NCBI GenBank assembly: GCA_002299495.1
Contig: DBNZ01000001.1
Coordinates: 11,219-44,626 of the forward strand
From: Methylococcaceae bacterium UBA659
GTDB lineage: Bacteria; Pseudomonadota; Gammaproteobacteria; Methylococcales; Methylomonadaceae
Direction of reading: 5' to 3'
DNA length: 33,408 nt
The number at the start of each line of letters is the position of its first letter. Positions within the stretch are counted from its first letter, which is position 1. This document shows, piece after piece, positions 1 to 10,600 of the stretch. A program made the translations under genes and the position numbers. Below the pieces are notes generated by a model, which worked only from the letters and a program-made list of their open reading frames with translations, had not been told where the DNA came from and ran no database searches.

Positions 1-72
1 GCGCAAACATCGGGTAATTTCTGGGCTGAAGACCCTGGCTGTTATTTGACCGATCAGGAAATCGGCGTTTAG
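1..72 (+). CDS. nirJ: C-terminal end (partial) of a NirJ/AhbC-like heme d1/siroheme-pathway radical SAM-SPASM protein
   Basis: Frame +1 reads AQTSGNFWAEDPGCYLTDQEIGV*, with TAG at 70-72. G-x-x-W-A-E-D-P-x-C-Y-L-x-D-x-E-I-G is the C-terminus I recognise from NirJ/AhbC proteins. Only 23 residues are visible. Confidence 0.65.
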   Translation, partial: AQTSGNFWAEDPGCYLTDQEIGV

Positions 73-88
73 CGGCATCAATGATAGG

Positions 89-141
89 GGCAATAAAAAT
101 CATCAAAATTGAGCGCGGCTATTTGATGAGTTTTTATCGCC
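89..141. terminator. Imperfect ~20-bp inverted repeat between convergent nirJ-like and pgl genes (bidirectional terminator or REP-like hairpin)
   Basis: GGCAATAAAAATCATCAAA (89-107) pairs with TTTGATGAGTTTTTATCGCC (122-141), with one mismatch and one bulge. Confidence 0.45.
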
Positions 142-253
142 GTAATGACAAAAACCCAACAAGCCAGTCAAAGCGACGCGCCGCCTGTTGCATGAGGCAA
201 AATTGCTTACGGCAGTACATAATCTGCGGCTTAGCGTTTGCCTGACTGTTTGG

Positions 254-934
254 TCACTCTGTAAAAGCCGCTGCATCTAGGTAAATATCGGCAACTGGCG
301 GCATGATAGTTGCGACGGGCAATTTAACGCCTGACCGCCAGGCTGTTACGGCTTCCTGTTTATTGCTGCCGGTGACTAAAAAAATCAATTCATGGGTTTG
401 GCCCAACGCTTTAGCGCTGACCGACACCCGCTCCGGGGGGGGTTTCGGCGAATCGTGGACGGCGTGTGTGAGTTCGTCTTCATGGTGGATATGGCCTGGA
501 AATAAACTGGCGGTATGGCCATCTTCCCCCATTCCTAGCAACACCATGTCAAACGGCAGGGCTGGTTCGACAATTCCCCTATAAGCTACTGCGCCCTGCT
601 CCGGCCCTAACTCTGCTGGAATAGGAAAAATTTGGTTAGCGGGTATGCTGACGGCCTGCAAAAAGGCTTGGTTGGCCAGCCAGTTGTTGCGGTCGGGGTG
701 GTCCACCGGCAAACAACGTTCGTCACCATAATAAATAAACCAAGCGTCCCAGTCCGCAACGCTTGCGGCCAACAGCCGGTAGACTTTTTCTGGCGTGGTG
801 CCGCCGGCCAGAACCAGTTTAAATCGTCCCCGTGCGGCGATGGCCTGTTGGGCGGCGGCCAGAATTCTTTTACAAACGGCTTCGGCGACTTGGTCGCCGG
901 TCTCAAAGCGGTGCCATTGGCTGTTTTGTGGCAT
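254..934 (-). CDS. pgl: 6-phosphogluconolactonase
   Basis: Motifs LAGGTTP, GDERCLP, LLGMGEDGHTASLFPG and SPKPPPERVS. Its ATG abuts the zwf stop codon. Confidence 0.97.
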   Translation of the reverse strand: MPQNSQWHRFETGDQVAEAVCKRILAAAQQAIAARGRFKLVLAGGTTPEKVYRLLAASVADWDAWFIYYGDERCLPVDHPDRNNWLANQAFLQAVSIPANQIFPIPAELGPEQGAVAYRGIVEPALPFDMVLLGMGEDGHTASLFPGHIHHEDELTHAVHDSPKPPPERVSVSAKALGQTHELIFLVTGSNKQEAVTAWRSGVKLPVATIMPPVADIYLDAAAFTE

Positions 935-2419
935 TTACTTACACTCCGGAGTTAAGGAACTGCGCCAGGTTTGGCTTTCTTTATCGAATAACCGGTTGTC
1001 TTCCGGACCCCATGATCCGGCCGGATAAATGGCGATGTAATCGCGTTCAATCGCCCAGGTTTGCAGGATGGGATCAATAATCCGCCAAGCGTATTCCACT
1101 TCGTCAAAACGCAAAAATAACGATCGATCGCCTTTCAAGACATCCAGCAACAGGTCTTCGTAGGCGTCGATGTTCTTTTCGTTCTGGTTGCGGAAACTGG
1201 CGTCCAAGCTGCTGGTGCGGGTACGCATTTCCAGGCCGGGTTCTTTGACGGTCATTTCCACGCGGATGCACTCATCCGGTTGGATTCCCAGCAACACCCA
1301 ATTTTGGGTCATGCAATGGACTTGAGTGTCGCGAAAAAACTGCAACGGCGGATGCCGGAAACAAATTGAAATGCTCGATTGCGCCTTTGCCATCCGTTTG
1401 CCCGTGCGCAAATAAAACGGTACGCCACGCCAACGCCAGTTGTCGATATACAGCTTCATCGAGGCATAGGTCTCGGTCGTGCTGTTCGTAGGGATGTAAG
1501 CTTCTTCCAGATAGCCTACCACCCGTTCGCCATTGACCTGGCCTTTGCCATATTGGCCGCGGAAAGCATGGGCATGCACCGCTTCTTTGGGGATGGGGCG
1601 GATGGATTTTAAAACCTTGACTTTTTCATCGCGTAACGATTCCGCTGCCATTGATACCGGCGGCTCCATCGCGACTAATGTGAGCATTTGCAACAAATGG
1701 CTTTGCAACATGTCGCGCATGGCGCCGGCGCTGTTGTAGTAATCGCCCCGGGTGTCAATGCCTATGCTTTCGGAATGGGTGATCTGGACGTGGTCGATAT
1801 AATTGCGGTTCCATAACGGTTCCAACATGACATTGGCAAAACGGAACACCAGCACGTTTTGCACCATACCCTTGCCCAAGTAATGGTCGATGCGGTAAAT
1901 CTGTTCCTCGGTCAGATAGTGGCTGATGCGTTTTTGCAAGGCTTGGGCGCTGTCCAAATCATAACCGAACGGTTTTTCGATAATTACCCGCCGCCAGCCG
2001 TATTCTTCGCTAAGCAATTCGTTTTCGCTTAAGTTGCTGATGACCGTGCCAAAATCCGCTGGGCTAATGGACAGGTAAAAGGCCATGTTGCGGGAAAACT
2101 GCTCGGTTTTTTCGAGGGTGGCGGCCAGTGCGCTGTAGCATTCGGCTTGGCTTAGGTCGCCTTGATGGTAATGGAGGCGGTCACAAAAACGCAGGTACAC
2201 GGTTTCGTCAAAATCATCATTGGCCTTGGCCACTACCATGTCGCGGACTTCCGAGCGCCATTTTTGTTGGTCCCAAGGCCTGCGGCCTATGGCCAGGATG
2301 CGGGTGCCTTCAGGCAATTTTCCGGCCACGTCCAGATGGTACAAGGCCGGCATGAGCTTGATACGGGACAGGTTCCCGGTGGCCCCGAAGATAACATAGG
2401 TGCAGGGTTCTGCTTGCAT
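935..2419 (-). CDS. zwf: Glucose-6-phosphate 1-dehydrogenase
   Basis: FGATGNL nucleotide-binding loop, EKPFG, active-site YRIDHYLGK, and WRWRGVPFYLRTGK. Confidence 0.98.
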   Translation of the reverse strand: MQAEPCTYVIFGATGNLSRIKLMPALYHLDVAGKLPEGTRILAIGRRPWDQQKWRSEVRDMVVAKANDDFDETVYLRFCDRLHYHQGDLSQAECYSALAATLEKTEQFSRNMAFYLSISPADFGTVISNLSENELLSEEYGWRRVIIEKPFGYDLDSAQALQKRISHYLTEEQIYRIDHYLGKGMVQNVLVFRFANVMLEPLWNRNYIDHVQITHSESIGIDTRGDYYNSAGAMRDMLQSHLLQMLTLVAMEPPVSMAAESLRDEKVKVLKSIRPIPKEAVHAHAFRGQYGKGQVNGERVVGYLEEAYIPTNSTTETYASMKLYIDNWRWRGVPFYLRTGKRMAKAQSSISICFRHPPLQFFRDTQVHCMTQNWVLLGIQPDECIRVEMTVKEPGLEMRTRTSSLDASFRNQNEKNIDAYEDLLLDVLKGDRSLFLRFDEVEYAWRIIDPILQTWAIERDYIAIYPAGSWGPEDNRLFDKESQTWRSSLTPECK

Positions 2420-2470
2420 AAGATTGGCTGGTGGTATTGATCAACACACAGGACCTATGGCCCCGCCCTT

Positions 2471-3919
2471 TTAAACGCTATAGGTGGAAGAGGCGGTTTT
2501 GCCGCCATGTCCAGTCCAGTCGGTATGGAAGAATTGGCCTCTAGGTTGGTCTACCCGTTCGTAACTATGGGCGCCAAAATAATCGCGTTGCGCTTGCAAC
2601 AAGTTGGCGGGTAAACGGGCGCAGCGGTAACCGTCGTAATAGGCCAATGCCGAGGAAAAGGCCGGGGTTGGAATGCCTAACTCAATGCCCATCATGACGG
2701 CCTTGCGCCAACCGGCATCGGCCTGGTGGATGGCGTTGACAAAAAAGTCCGCTAACAACAAGTTTTCAAGCCCAGGGTCTTGGTCATAAGCGTGTTTGAT
2801 GTCATTTAAAAATTGGCTGCGGATGATGCAGCCGCCACGCCACATCAGGGCGATCTCGCCGTAATTCAAGGCAAACCCGTATTCGCAGGATGCTTCCCGC
2901 ATCAGCCTAAAACCTTGGGCATAAGAAATGATTTTTGCCGCGTACAAGGCGTCGCCGATGGCTGCGACCATGGCTTGTTTGTCACCTGTGAAAGCCGTGC
3001 CAGGCCGGGTCGGCAGCGTGTTTGCCGCAGTCAGGCGCTCCTCTTTTTGCGCCGACAGGCAGCGGGCAAACACCGATTCGCCAATCAAGGTTAACGGGAT
3101 GCCTAAATCCAATGCGTTGATGCCAGTCCATTTGCCGGTACCTTTTTGGCCGGCGGTATCCAGGATTTTTTCAACCAACGGTTGGCCGTCTGTGTCTTTA
3201 AAGGCAAAGATGTCGGCGGTGATTTCTATCAAATAGGAGCTTAAGCGGCTTTGGTTCCAACCGCTGAAAATGCCGTGCAGTTCATCTGCGGTCAGCCCCA
3301 AACCTTCCGACAACAGGTGATAGGCTTCGCAAATCAACTGCATATCGCCGTATTCAATGCCGTTATGCACCATTTTTACATAGTGCCCCGCCCCATTTTC
3401 CCCCACCCATTCGCAACAAGGCTGGCCGTCGACCTGGGCGCTGATGGCCTGAAATATCTCTTTCACGGTTGGCCATGCCTCGGGGTTGCCGCCAGGCATC
3501 ATCGCAGGCCCATGCCGGGCGCCTTCTTCTCCCCCCGAAACGCCGGCGCCAATAAAATGGATGCCAAGCCCCTTAAGGTATTGGGTGCGGCGGTTCGTGT
3601 CGGTAAACAGGGAATTGCCGCCGTCGATGATAATATCGCTAGGTGCCAACAATGGCGCTAACTTCCCGATGTATTGGTCAACCACTTCACCCGCCTTAAC
3701 CATCAACATCACCACTCTAGGCGAGTCTAAGGCATCGACCAATTCCTCTAGGGTATGGCAGCCGATGATGTGTGTGTTTTCCGCAGGACCCGCCAAGAAT
3801 TCATCGACAGTTTTGATGGTGCGGTTATGCACCGCCACCCGAAAACCGTGGTCATCCATATTCAGGGCCAGATTTTGGCCCATGACCGCCAACCCAATTA
3901 GCCCAATGTTTGCTCTCAT
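2471..3919 (-). CDS. gnd: NADP-dependent 6-phosphogluconate dehydrogenase (decarboxylating)
   Basis: GLIGLAVMGQN, GVSGGEEGA, KMVHNGIEYGDMQ, QKGTGKWT and QAQRDYFGAH. Confidence 0.98.
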   Translation of the reverse strand: MRANIGLIGLAVMGQNLALNMDDHGFRVAVHNRTIKTVDEFLAGPAENTHIIGCHTLEELVDALDSPRVVMLMVKAGEVVDQYIGKLAPLLAPSDIIIDGGNSLFTDTNRRTQYLKGLGIHFIGAGVSGGEEGARHGPAMMPGGNPEAWPTVKEIFQAISAQVDGQPCCEWVGENGAGHYVKMVHNGIEYGDMQLICEAYHLLSEGLGLTADELHGIFSGWNQSRLSSYLIEITADIFAFKDTDGQPLVEKILDTAGQKGTGKWTGINALDLGIPLTLIGESVFARCLSAQKEERLTAANTLPTRPGTAFTGDKQAMVAAIGDALYAAKIISYAQGFRLMREASCEYGFALNYGEIALMWRGGCIIRSQFLNDIKHAYDQDPGLENLLLADFFVNAIHQADAGWRKAVMMGIELGIPTPAFSSALAYYDGYRCARLPANLLQAQRDYFGAHSYERVDQPRGQFFHTDWTGHGGKTASSTYSV

Positions 3920-3978
3920 AATTGCTCACCTTCGTTGATGTTTTCCGTTGATACTAACATGTTTCGCCCCAATTTCCG

Positions 3979-6900
3979 TTAACCGGCTGAGCCATGGGTT
4001 GCCTGCCAAATCGGACGCAACAATGTATCGCATTGCCGAGCAAAGTTTTCCCCCAATACCTCCGGCAAACCGACCGGCATTTGCCGACTTTTTTGCCCAT
4101 ACCATTGCCTAAGGGCGGCCTCGTATGGTTTTTCTAAAGCAGCCGCCAAAAATTGGTTCGCTTTCGCCAATGGCGCTGTACCATCACCTTTGGTTTTGAC
4201 ATACGCCAATGCCGCTTCCACGAAAAACGCATCCGGCCTGGTTTGCCCTTGAGCATAAATATCCAACCAAGCCGTCAAATCGCCGAGTGGGCAATGTTCC
4301 GGTTTAAATTCTATGGTCGCATCATTAGCCAGCAGCCATGTTGTTTGGGCTTGAATTTGATTGCCGATTAAGTGATGTAACCAAGCATGGATAAAGTCTT
4401 TGCCTTTAAGCGGGTTGAAACGGTAGAACAGCGCGCCCCGCTGGTGCCAGCCCCCGAGTTTGCCGACCAGTCGGAACCGGCCTAGATTAAGGTCAATGGC
4501 TACCTCAGGCAGTGCCACACCCAAGTTTATCTCGTTAATTAAATTGACGAATGCTTCTATCGAGGGTTGGTTTTTGGCGTATTCCAACTCCCCTAGCGGG
4601 CCTAAAGGCCATTGGCCTTGGGCTTGAAGTTTTTCCAAGGAAAACCGTTGCCCGGCTAACCGCTTGCCAACCCATTGATGCCGGATTTCGTAAGCGTCAA
4701 AAAATTCAGGCTGGAAGGGTTCGCGCTCCTCGGCGATGGCGGCAACGCCCTGAAAGCGCAGGCCTAGTTGGCGTTCGAAAAAATGCCGTTGCGGATTCCG
4801 GTAAAACGCCAATAGATCGCTCAGTTCAATGATAACGCCTGGTTTTTGTTGCGTGCATCCTTGCCACCAAATGGCGGGCAAATCATCCGCTTGCCGTTTC
4901 TGCAATAAGCTTTTGGCAATGGCCAGATTGGCGGTCGAGTAACTGAACAAGGCCTTGCCGCCAGAAAAATTTTTCGGGCTGAAGGCGTGTAGCGGATGGT
5001 AAGTGACGATATTTTCCAGTTGGTAATGGTTTTTCAAGACATCCAGCACTTCGCTGACGACCACGGCAGGAGGGTTTATGTTATTGCCGCTAATGGACTG
5101 ACCCATGTAGGTGATGATCAATCGCCGCCGGGCGGCTAGCAAAATTTCCAAAAATTGGTATCGGTCATCGGCCCGGAGCGAACGGTCGCCGGGGCGGTAG
5201 TGCCGGGTCAATAAATCAAACGTGACAGGCCTGTCTACTCTTGGAAACTCGCCTTCGTTCAACCCCATCAACGCGATTATCTTGAAGGGTATGGAGCGCA
5301 TGGGCAACATGGCGCAGAATGTCAATTGCCCGCGTAAAAAACCATGGCTGGATTTGCGTTCGTCCAGTTTGCCATGCAACCAACTGATGATGACAACCCG
5401 TTCGATGTGCGCCTCGTTAACCCATTTTATCCCGTCAGCATCCGTAGTTCCGGCCAGGTCGTCCGATAATTCCATGAGGATTTCATGAAGACCTAGGCGT
5501 GCGTCCATGTCCACCGCGGAAAATAATTTTTCGGCATATCTTAGTAACCTTTCCGACCATGCTTGCCGTGTACCAGGGGTTTTCAATTCTTCGGCAGACG
5601 CAAACAGCCATTGCATAAAGCCGTCCAACGCGCCTAAAGCCGATGCCGATAGCCCTTCAATGTTTAGGTACGGTAACACGCCATCGACAAAGTCATCGTC
5701 ATTGCCGACCGCATAGCCCATTAACAACCGGTCTAAGCTGGCTTGCCAGGTGTTCCCCTGGCATTCGGGCAACCCTAATTCCCGTTTGTGGGCGGCCGAC
5801 CTGCCCCAACGCCCCCGGGTCTCCTGCAACCAATAATTGATTTGCTCAAGGTCGGTCTCGGACAAGCCAAAGCTGGCAAAAACGGCGGGTTGGCCCAACA
5901 AATCCAGGACTTCGCGCCAGCCGAAACGGCTCTGGCTTAAGTTCAAAAACTGGACAAAAATATCGACGAGCTTATTCTCCAAGCGCAGGCTACGGTCGGC
6001 CATGGCATGCGGGATGTCGTCAAACACGGCGCTGATGAAGGGTTCGTAGACTTGGATATCAGGCGCCATCACCACCATGTCGCGCCATTCTAAGGCCGCA
6101 TCCTCGGCTAAGGCCTGCAACAGCAAATCTTTCAGCACTTCCACTTCCCGCAATGGGGAATGGCAGGCGTGAATACTGATGGAATGGTCATGGGTTAACC
6201 GCCCCGACCCCCATTGATTATTGAGGATATCATCTTGCAAGCGTTGCAAAGTACCGCTGCCTTCGTTAGCTTCAAAACTGTCAAATTCCAGTTCAAATTG
6301 AACCTTATCCAGCAACAAGGCCCGGAACCCTCTGCCCTGCTGGCCTAGGGAAGCCAGCAGCGGATGGCTTTCAGGGTCGGCTTCACTGTTAATGGGTGAG
6401 CGCTTGTCCATAAGGTCAGCCCAAAAAACCTGTGCGGGGTTCAGTAAGAAAAAATGCACTTGGCAATGCCTAGCTAACCCTTGCAGATAGGCTATGAACA
6501 AAGGCGGCATGGTGTTGATGCCAAACACACTGATCCGCTCAGGTAGTCGGCCGCTTAATTCCCCCGTCTCTGCGGTGTTTAATTTGTTGATCACCGCCTG
6601 CCACAATTGCCCGCGATGGGGTTGTCCGGTGGCCTGGGTAATCGCACACCACAAAGTTTTCTGCCAGGTTTCGGTGTCCGTGTCATACAGCAGTTGCCCC
6701 TGTTCCCAGAGGGTCAGCATATCAGGACGCATGATTTGATATTGGTCGAATAATTGCGCCAGTTGTTGCGCCAGTTGATAGCGTTTCAAGGCCGGGTCGC
6801 CGCCTTGCAAGTAATCGCCTAGGAGCTTGAATTCATCGGCATTGCCCAGTTTCCGCAGCAGCCCTTCCAAAAGCCAAGCCAACTTATCCCGCTCGAAGGC

Positions 6901-7149
6901 GGCATCATCTAGGGACAAGCCTATTCGATGGGCCAATGCACTAAAAAACTTATGCGGAAAAAGGAATTGATAATTGCACCAAACCCCCAATTGGCTAGCC
7001 AATTGTTGTGACAACCAACGTTCCATGCCTTGGCTTTGGATCAACAGGACTTCTTGGGCCAAAGGCGAGGCCAATGGGTCTGTGCGGATAATGGCGACCA
7101 AATGGGCGACCAAGTTTTCAGTCTTGTTGGAACTATGCAAGACAAACAT
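3979..7149 (-). CDS. recC: Exodeoxyribonuclease V gamma subunit RecC
   Basis: N-terminal LHSSNKTENL, QSQGMERWL, FDQYQIMRPD, HACHSPLREVEVL, MLPMRSIPFK and DRSLRADDRYQFLE; 1056 aa. Confidence 0.96.
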   Translation of the reverse strand: MFVLHSSNKTENLVAHLVAIIRTDPLASPLAQEVLLIQSQGMERWLSQQLASQLGVWCNYQFLFPHKFFSALAHRIGLSLDDAAFERDKLAWLLEGLLRKLGNADEFKLLGDYLQGGDPALKRYQLAQQLAQLFDQYQIMRPDMLTLWEQGQLLYDTDTETWQKTLWCAITQATGQPHRGQLWQAVINKLNTAETGELSGRLPERISVFGINTMPPLFIAYLQGLARHCQVHFFLLNPAQVFWADLMDKRSPINSEADPESHPLLASLGQQGRGFRALLLDKVQFELEFDSFEANEGSGTLQRLQDDILNNQWGSGRLTHDHSISIHACHSPLREVEVLKDLLLQALAEDAALEWRDMVVMAPDIQVYEPFISAVFDDIPHAMADRSLRLENKLVDIFVQFLNLSQSRFGWREVLDLLGQPAVFASFGLSETDLEQINYWLQETRGRWGRSAAHKRELGLPECQGNTWQASLDRLLMGYAVGNDDDFVDGVLPYLNIEGLSASALGALDGFMQWLFASAEELKTPGTRQAWSERLLRYAEKLFSAVDMDARLGLHEILMELSDDLAGTTDADGIKWVNEAHIERVVIISWLHGKLDERKSSHGFLRGQLTFCAMLPMRSIPFKIIALMGLNEGEFPRVDRPVTFDLLTRHYRPGDRSLRADDRYQFLEILLAARRRLIITYMGQSISGNNINPPAVVVSEVLDVLKNHYQLENIVTYHPLHAFSPKNFSGGKALFSYSTANLAIAKSLLQKRQADDLPAIWWQGCTQQKPGVIIELSDLLAFYRNPQRHFFERQLGLRFQGVAAIAEEREPFQPEFFDAYEIRHQWVGKRLAGQRFSLEKLQAQGQWPLGPLGELEYAKNQPSIEAFVNLINEINLGVALPEVAIDLNLGRFRLVGKLGGWHQRGALFYRFNPLKGKDFIHAWLHHLIGNQIQAQTTWLLANDATIEFKPEHCPLGDLTAWLDIYAQGQTRPDAFFVEAALAYVKTKGDGTAPLAKANQFLAAALEKPYEAALRQWYGQKSRQMPVGLPEVLGENFARQCDTLLRPIWQATHGSAG

Positions 7150-7204
7150 AAAACACTATGGGTTTATTGGCCAGGGAATGGGCCGCGCTTTGGGGGGGGC
7201 CGTT

Positions 7205-7280
<76 letters not shown>

Positions 7281-7342
7281 TTAATTTTTGCAGCCGTACA
7301 ACCTAAAGGAAATCGAGTTACACGGGTTAAAGGATGGGCTGA

Positions 7343-7418
<76 letters not shown>

Positions 7419-7432
7419 GTTTAAAGCCGGTC

Positions 7433-7461
7433 ATTTAATCAATTTATACGTTTTACGTCAA
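7433..7461 (-). promoter_or_regulatory. Putative sigma70 promoter for the tRNA-Phe pair
   Basis: On the minus strand: TTGACG (7461-7456), 17-bp spacer, TTAAAT (7438-7433), then GC-rich GACCGGC (discriminator-like) just before the tRNA 5' end. The -10 box is non-consensus. Confidence 0.45.
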
Positions 7462-7654
7462 GTCTTATCTTTGCTTAGCGGTAATAACCGCCCTGCCTGT
7501 AGGCTGTTAAGGAGAGAGGGCTTATGCAGCACTTCCTTAAAAGATAAACAGGGCGGTCGTTACGACTGGAGTGGCATTAGCAATGGCCAGCATTCATTCA
7601 AACTCGGGGTTGTGTTAACATCGCAAGGTTTTTGTACTCCATAATTTTATTGAC

Positions 7655-7672
7655 AAATCTAACTTTAGATTT
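7655..7672. promoter_or_regulatory. Candidate operator palindrome upstream of the glycosyltransferase
   Basis: AAATCTAA-CT-TTAGATTT is a perfect 8-bp inverted repeat overlapping a TTGACA hexamer at 7650-7655. Confidence 0.35.
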
Positions 7673-7693
7673 CAAACCAGACGGTACCGCCTA

Positions 7694-10600
7694 ATGAAAA
7701 GTTTTTTTTTATCGTGTAATGGATTTTTTAACGCTGTAATCGTGGAAAAAAAATTGCTCCAAGAAGACCAGGGGCTTGACATGCTTATAGACGGAAAATT
7801 TTCCTGCACGCTAAACGCATCACACGCCAAAAAACAGCCGCCACTAACCCGCATCAACCAAATTATTGACGCCGGTTTTGACCAAGGCGTTTCTCATTGG
7901 CATTACGACCTCATGTTGCCGCATGGCGCCAGTTTAGGGATGGATATGAGCGAAAAATGGACTCTGTTTAATGGCCACACCTTGCATATTTACCAAAACG
8001 CAGGGTTTAACAGTTTCGTCGATTTGGTCTATCACGACCCGGTCGTAGGTGATTTTTTACCGGTTAAACCGGATGATTTTTATCACATAACAGGTAGTTT
8101 TGGTCTCCATCGTTGTCATGGCGCCTATCTAGTCGAGTTTTATGACAAAAATTATAAGTTGTTATATCGGCATGATAAAAATGTCGTGCAAGGCAAAAAG
8201 GGCGGTTCCGTATTGGAAGATTACCAAACCGTTTCAGAAATTGTCCATGTCCCCAAAAATGCCGGTTTTGCCAGGCTCGTGGTGAGAAAGTTTCCGGCCA
8301 AAGACGGCGAAACAGACAGTTTCTTGTTTTTTACCCGCCCTGCTTTTTCTTTAGTCCCCGCAGCCAATGAGCCGTTGCTGAAATGGGAAAAATCCTTTGT
8401 ATCTCCGCAGCAATGGCAAAATCTGCGGACAATCGAGCTGGAAAATTTTGCCGCAATCCAATTTTTATTGCCCGAACAAGTCTACGATGGCCAATCCCAT
8501 CAAATCGAGTTGGTCGAACACAGCAGCGGCAATGCCGTCAACGGTTCACCCAAAACGTTCCAGTATGAAACTGGCATTGACGGCGAATTGGTTAAGCTGG
8601 AGGGGATCCGGGTCATGGGTTGGGTTTCAGGGCCCGAAGTGCCCGTTGAAATTTATGTCGATGACCAATGGGTAGCCGGCACCGCTTCTGCGGAAAACGC
8701 GGACAACGGCCAACATGCCTTTTCTATCGCTTTGCCAGAACCCTACCTGGATGGCCGGCCCCATAGGATTGAGGCGAAAATTAGGTTTTCAGGGAAACGG
8801 GTGGGGGAGCTGGCTGAAATAACGCCTTACACGTTGACGCCTTGGAATGCGCTACAGAAATTTGCCGGCAAACCCCTGCCCGCCAAACTCTCGCCGGCCG
8901 CAGCTTATCGCTACGATTCCATGCGGGCGTCATTGTTAGCCTTAGCCGCCGCCGCCAAACAAAATAACCACCAAGAATTGGCCGATATGATGGAACGGGT
9001 CAAGTATTTGGGCACACTACACGAATTATTGGTCGCCGGTTTTGACCGCACGAAAAAATATGCGCCGCTGAAATTTCCTTTCCACGAGCAACCAAAAGTC
9101 AGCGTCGTCGTTCCGGTGCACAACAAATTTGCAGTCACTTACCATTGTATGGCCGCTTTGTTGTTTGCCTATAACGAAGCCAGTTTTGAAGTCATCTTAG
9201 TGGATGACGGCTCTAGCGACGAAACCGTAAGCATCGAAGAATTAGTTTCCGGCATCGTCTATCTACGGCATGAAACCTCCCAAGGCTTCATCCGGAGTTG
9301 CAACCGTGGCGCCCATTCCGCCCGGGGGGAATACATTGTCATGCTCAATAATGACACCGAACCCACTGTCCATTGGCTAGATGAGTTGTTGTTCACTTTC
9401 GCAGCATTCGACCAAGTTGGATTAGCCGGCTCAAAGTTACTGTACCCGGATGGTAGTCTGCAAGAAGCCGGAGGCATTGTCTGGGGTTCCGGCAACCCCT
9501 GGAATTATGGCCGTGGCGGCAACCCAGGCGACCCACGCTTCAACTATACCCGGCAAGCGGATTATTTGTCCGGCGCCGCCATTATGTTGGCTAAACGAGT
9601 TTGGGACCAAGTCGGCGGGTTTAGTGAAGACTATTGCCCTGCGTATTTTGAAGACACGGATTTGGCGTTTAAAGTCAGGGCGGCCGGTTATAAAACGGTG
9701 TTTGCCCCGTTATCCGTGGTCTACCATTTTGAAGGCGTTAGCAGCGGCACCGACATAGCTTCAGGCACCAAACGTTATCAAGAAATCAACCGCCCTAAGT
9801 TCAAACAAAAATGGATACACCAGTGCCGTTACAACGGCGAGGAAGGCAAGGATGCCGACTTGAATAAAGACCGCGGCGTTACGTTGCGGGCATTGGTGAT
9901 CGATTATCAAACCCCGCGCCCTGATATCGACGCCGGCAGTTATGCCGCCATCCAAGAAATCCGTCTGTTGCAATCCCTAGGCTTTAAGGTAACTTTTGTA
10001 CCGGATAATTTTGCCTATTTGGGCAAATATACGGAATTGCTACAACGGCTTGGGGTTGAAACCCTCTATGCGCCTTTTGCCTTTACCATGCAATCCGTTT
10101 TAGAAAAACGTGGCCATGAATTCGATGTGGTCTATATCACCCGCTACTATGTGGCAAAAAATCATTTAAGTTTAGTCAAGCAATACGCCCCTAGGGCAAA
10201 AGTCTTGTTCTGCAATGCGGACTTGCATTTCCTCAGGGAGCTGCGCGAAGCACTGGAATCAAAAGACATAGAACAATTAAAAAAAGCCTGCATCATCCGC
10301 GAAGAAGAATTAAGTGTTATGCGTGAAGCGGATGTGACTTTGTCCTATAACGAAATCGAGCATGCGGTCGTGCTGTCCCATAATTTGAATAGCACAAAAA
10401 TAATGACTTGCCCTTGGGTCGTCGATGTCAGCGACAAAACCCCGGGCTTCTGTACACGAAACGATATTGCGTTCTTAGGCGGGTTCGGCCATCCGCCCAA
10501 CAAAGCGGCCGTGCTGTTTTTCATCGGCCAAGTCATGCCTATTTTGCATAAACAATTGCCGGAGGCAAAATTTAGAGTCTTCGGCAGTAATATGCCCGAT

